A program made the translations under genes and the position numbers. The notes beneath the pieces were generated by a model that saw nothing but the letters and a program-made list of their open reading frames with translations, did not search any database and had not been told where the DNA came from. Below are positions 61,501 through 64,000 of a stretch of 64,000 nt of DNA, piece by piece (positions within the stretch are counted from its first letter, which is position 1; every line of letters begins with the position of its first letter). This stretch comes from Eledone cirrhosa (taxonomy: Eukaryota), in NCBI GenBank assembly GCA_964016885.1, contig OZ024744.1:30380001-30444000 (forward strand), in the 5' to 3' direction.

Positions 61501-64000
61501 AGAGATAGGGAGATATTGAGAGAGAGACGGAGGCAGTGACAGTGGGTGGTTGGTTCCTCTGTGTTTGGACCTGGTGTATATGAGAGATAGGGAGAGTGGG
61601 AGAGACAGAGGCAGTGACAGTGGGAGGTTGGTTCCTCTGTGTTTGGACCTGGTGTATATGAGAGATAGGGAGAGAGTGGGAGAGATGGAGGCAGTGACAG
61701 TGGGAGGTTGGTTCCTCTGTGTTTGGACCTGGTGTATATGAGAGATAGGGAGAGAGTGGGAGAGATGGAGACAGTGACAGTGGGAGGTTGGTTCCTCTGT
61801 GTTTGGACCTGGTGTATATGAGAGATAGGAAGAGAGTGGGAGAGATGGAGGCAGTGACAGTGGGAGGTTGGTTCCTCTATGTTTGGACCTGGTGTATATG
61901 AGAGATAGGGAGAGAGTGGGAGAGATGGAGGCAGTGACAGTGGGAGGTTGGTTCCTCTGTGTTTGGACCTGGTGTATATGAGAGATAGTGAGAGAGTGGG
62001 AGAGATGTGGTCAGTGACAGTGGGAGGTTGGTTCCTCTGTGTTTGGACCAGGTGTTTATGAGACATAGGGAGAGAGTGGGAGAGACGGAGGCAGTGACAG
62101 TGGGAGGTTGGTTCCTCTGTGTTTGGACCTGGTGTATATGAGAGAGAGGGAGAGAGTTGGAAAGACGGAGACAGTGACAGTGGGTGGTTTGTTCCTCTGT
62201 GTTTGGACCTGGTGTATATGAGAGAGAGGGAGAGAGTGGGAGAGACGGAGGCAGTGATAGTGGGAGGTTGGTTCCTCTGTGTTTGGACCTGGTGTATATG
62301 AGAGATAGGGAGAGAGTGAGAGAGACGGAGGCAGTGATAGTGGGAGGTTGGTTCCTCTGTGTTTGGACCTGGTGTATATGTGAGACAGGGAGAGAGTGGG
62401 AGAGATGGAGGCAGTGACTGTAGGAGGTTGGTTCCTCTGTGTTTGGATCTGGTGTATATGAGAGATAGGGAGAGAGTGGGAGAGACGGAGGCAGTGACAG
62501 TGGGAGGTTGGTTCCTCTGTGTTTGGACCTGGTGTATATGAGAGATAGGGAGAGAGTGGGAGTGATGTGGTCAGTGACAGTGGGAGGTTGGTTCCTCTGT
62601 GTTTGGACCAGGTGTTTATGAGAGATAGGGAGAGAGTTGGAAAGACGGAGGCAGTGACAGTGGGTGGTTGGTTGCTCTGTGTTTGGACCTGGTGTATATG
62701 AGAGAGAGGGAGAGAGTGGGAGAGACGGAGGCAGTGATAGTGGGAGGTTGGTTCCTCTGTGTTTGGACCTGGTGTATATGAGAGATAGGGAGAGAGTGAG
62801 AGAGATGGAGGCAGTGACAGTGGGAGGTTGGTTCCTCTGTGTTTGGACCTGGTGTATATGAGAGATAGGGAGAGTGAGAGAGACGGAGGCAGTGACAGTG
62901 GGAGGTTGGTTCCTCTGTGTTAGGACCTGGTGTATATGAGAGATAGGGAGAGTGGGAGAGATGGAGGCAGTGACAGTGGGAGGTTGGTTCCTCTGTGTTT
63001 GGACCTGGTGTATATGAGAGATTGGGAGAGAGTGAGAGAGACGTAGGCAGTGACAGTGGGAGGTTGGTTCCTCTGTGTTTAGACCTGGTATATAAGAGAG
63101 ATAGGGAGAGACTGAGATATCGAGGCAGTGACAGTGGGAGGTTGGTTCCTCTGTGTTTAGACCTGGTGTATATGAGAGATAGGGAGAGAGTGAGATATGG
63201 AGGCAGTGACAGTGGGAGGTTGGTTCCTCTGTGTTTAGACCTGGTGTATATGGGAGATAGGGAAAGAGTGAGATATGGAGGCAGTGACAGTGGAAGGTTG
63301 GTTCCTCTGTGTTTAGACCTGGTGTATATGGGAGATAGGGCGAGAGTGAGATATGGAGGCAGTGACAGTGGGAGGTTGGTTCCTCTGTGTTTAGACCTGG
63401 TGTATATGGGAGATAGGGAGAGAGTGAGGTATGGAGGCATTGACAGTGGGAGGTCGGTTCCTCTGTGTTTGGACCTGGTGTATATGAGAGATAGGGAGAG
63501 AGTGGGAGAGACGGAGGCAGTGACAGTGGGAGGTTAATTCCTCTGTGTTTGGACCTGGTGTATATGAGAGATAGGGAGAGAGTGGAAGAGACGGAGGCAG
63601 TGACAGTGGGAGGTTGGTTCCTCTGTGTTAGGACCTGGTGTATATGAGAGATAGGGAGAGAGTGGGAGAGAGACGGAGGCAGTGACAGTGGGAGGTTGGT
63701 TCCTCTGTGTTTGGACCTGGTGTATATGAGAGATAGGGAGAGAGTGGGTGAGATGGAGGCAGTGGGAGGTGGGTTCCTCTGTGTTTGGACCTGGTGTATA
63801 TGAGAGATAGGGAGTGAGTGGGAGAGATGGAGGCAGTGACAGTGGGAGGTTGGTTCCTCTGTGTTTGGACCTGGTGTACATGAGAGATTGGGAGAGAGAG
63901 GGAGAGACGGAGGCAGTCACAGCGGGAGGTGGGTTCCTCTGTGTTTGGACCTGATGTATATGAGAGATAAGGAGAGAGTGAGAGAGAGGGAGGCAGTGAC
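58600..64000 (+). repeat. Right divergent domain, mostly monomeric with only short local duplications
   Basis: Many singleton substitutions (e.g. GACTTGTTG 60608, GGTTAATTC 63532, GACCTGATG 63948). Local duplications at offset 232 (TTAGAAAT 59131/59363), 310 (ACAGAGGCAGTGACGG 59861/60171) and 560 (GACCAGGTGTTTATG 62046/62606). The central marker monomers are absent. Confidence 0.85.

Larger units (their letters stand above)
1..64000 (+). repeat. Tandem satellite array, ~80-bp monomer, about 800 copies, head-to-tail, running off both window edges
   Basis: Positions 1-80 give one monomer (gacggaggca gtgacagtgg gaggttggtt ccactgtgtt tggacctggt gtatatgaga gatagggaga gagtgggaga), and 81 restarts at gacggaggca. 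The core GGTTCCTCTGTGTTTRGACCTGGTGTATATGAG recurs every 56-89 bp (mostly 78-80) through position 64000 with no foreign insert or inversion seen. Confidence 0.99.

Noticed and set aside
472-63537. Short + strand ORFs (MVPLCLDLVYMRDRE..., VTVGGWFLCVWTWCI)
   Set aside because: These are translations of 2-7 monomers from alternative start codons, with no domain, codon conservation or gene context.
1-64000. CRISPR-like array (conserved ~45-bp core alternating with ~35-bp variable tract)
   Set aside because: The variable tracts are all homologous GA-rich variants of one sequence rather than unique spacers, and there is no leader or cas gene.
1-64000. Satellite-encoded hammerhead ribozyme, as in newt, schistosome and cricket satellites
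   Set aside because: The CUGANGA and GAAA core with three stems is not present on either strand of the consensus.
1-64000. Telomeric repeat or immunoglobulin switch region
   Set aside because: There are no TTAGGG arrays (only ATAGGG once per monomer) and no GAGCT/GGGGT pentamer density. AGCT occurs only as rare point variants.

Overview
All 64 kb is one uninterrupted, head-to-tail tandem satellite array of roughly 800 copies of an ~80-bp monomer, all in one orientation. The + strand consensus is GAYGGAGGCAGTGACAGTGGGAGGTTGGTTCCTCTGTGTTTRGACCTGGTGTATATGAGAGATAGGGAGAGAGTGGGAGA. I found no unique sequence, gene, RNA gene, transposon or CRISPR array. Every ORF in the supplied track is a translation of the repeat. 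I cannot assign the family or organism, although CpG decay suggests a genome with CpG methylation, most likely eukaryotic. The informative structure is in the monomer variants. There is a homogenised central domain (~13.7-58.6 kb) built from nested higher-order repeats and multi-kb duplications (periods 320/480, 1414, 2034, 3646, ~6150 and ~8140-8210 bp). Two more heterogeneous flanks share diagnostic variants with each other but largely not with the centre, as expected from layered expansion. Several recombination junctions can be mapped to single monomers. All coordinates and offsets were read by eye and are approximate. I do not see a new protein-coding system here.
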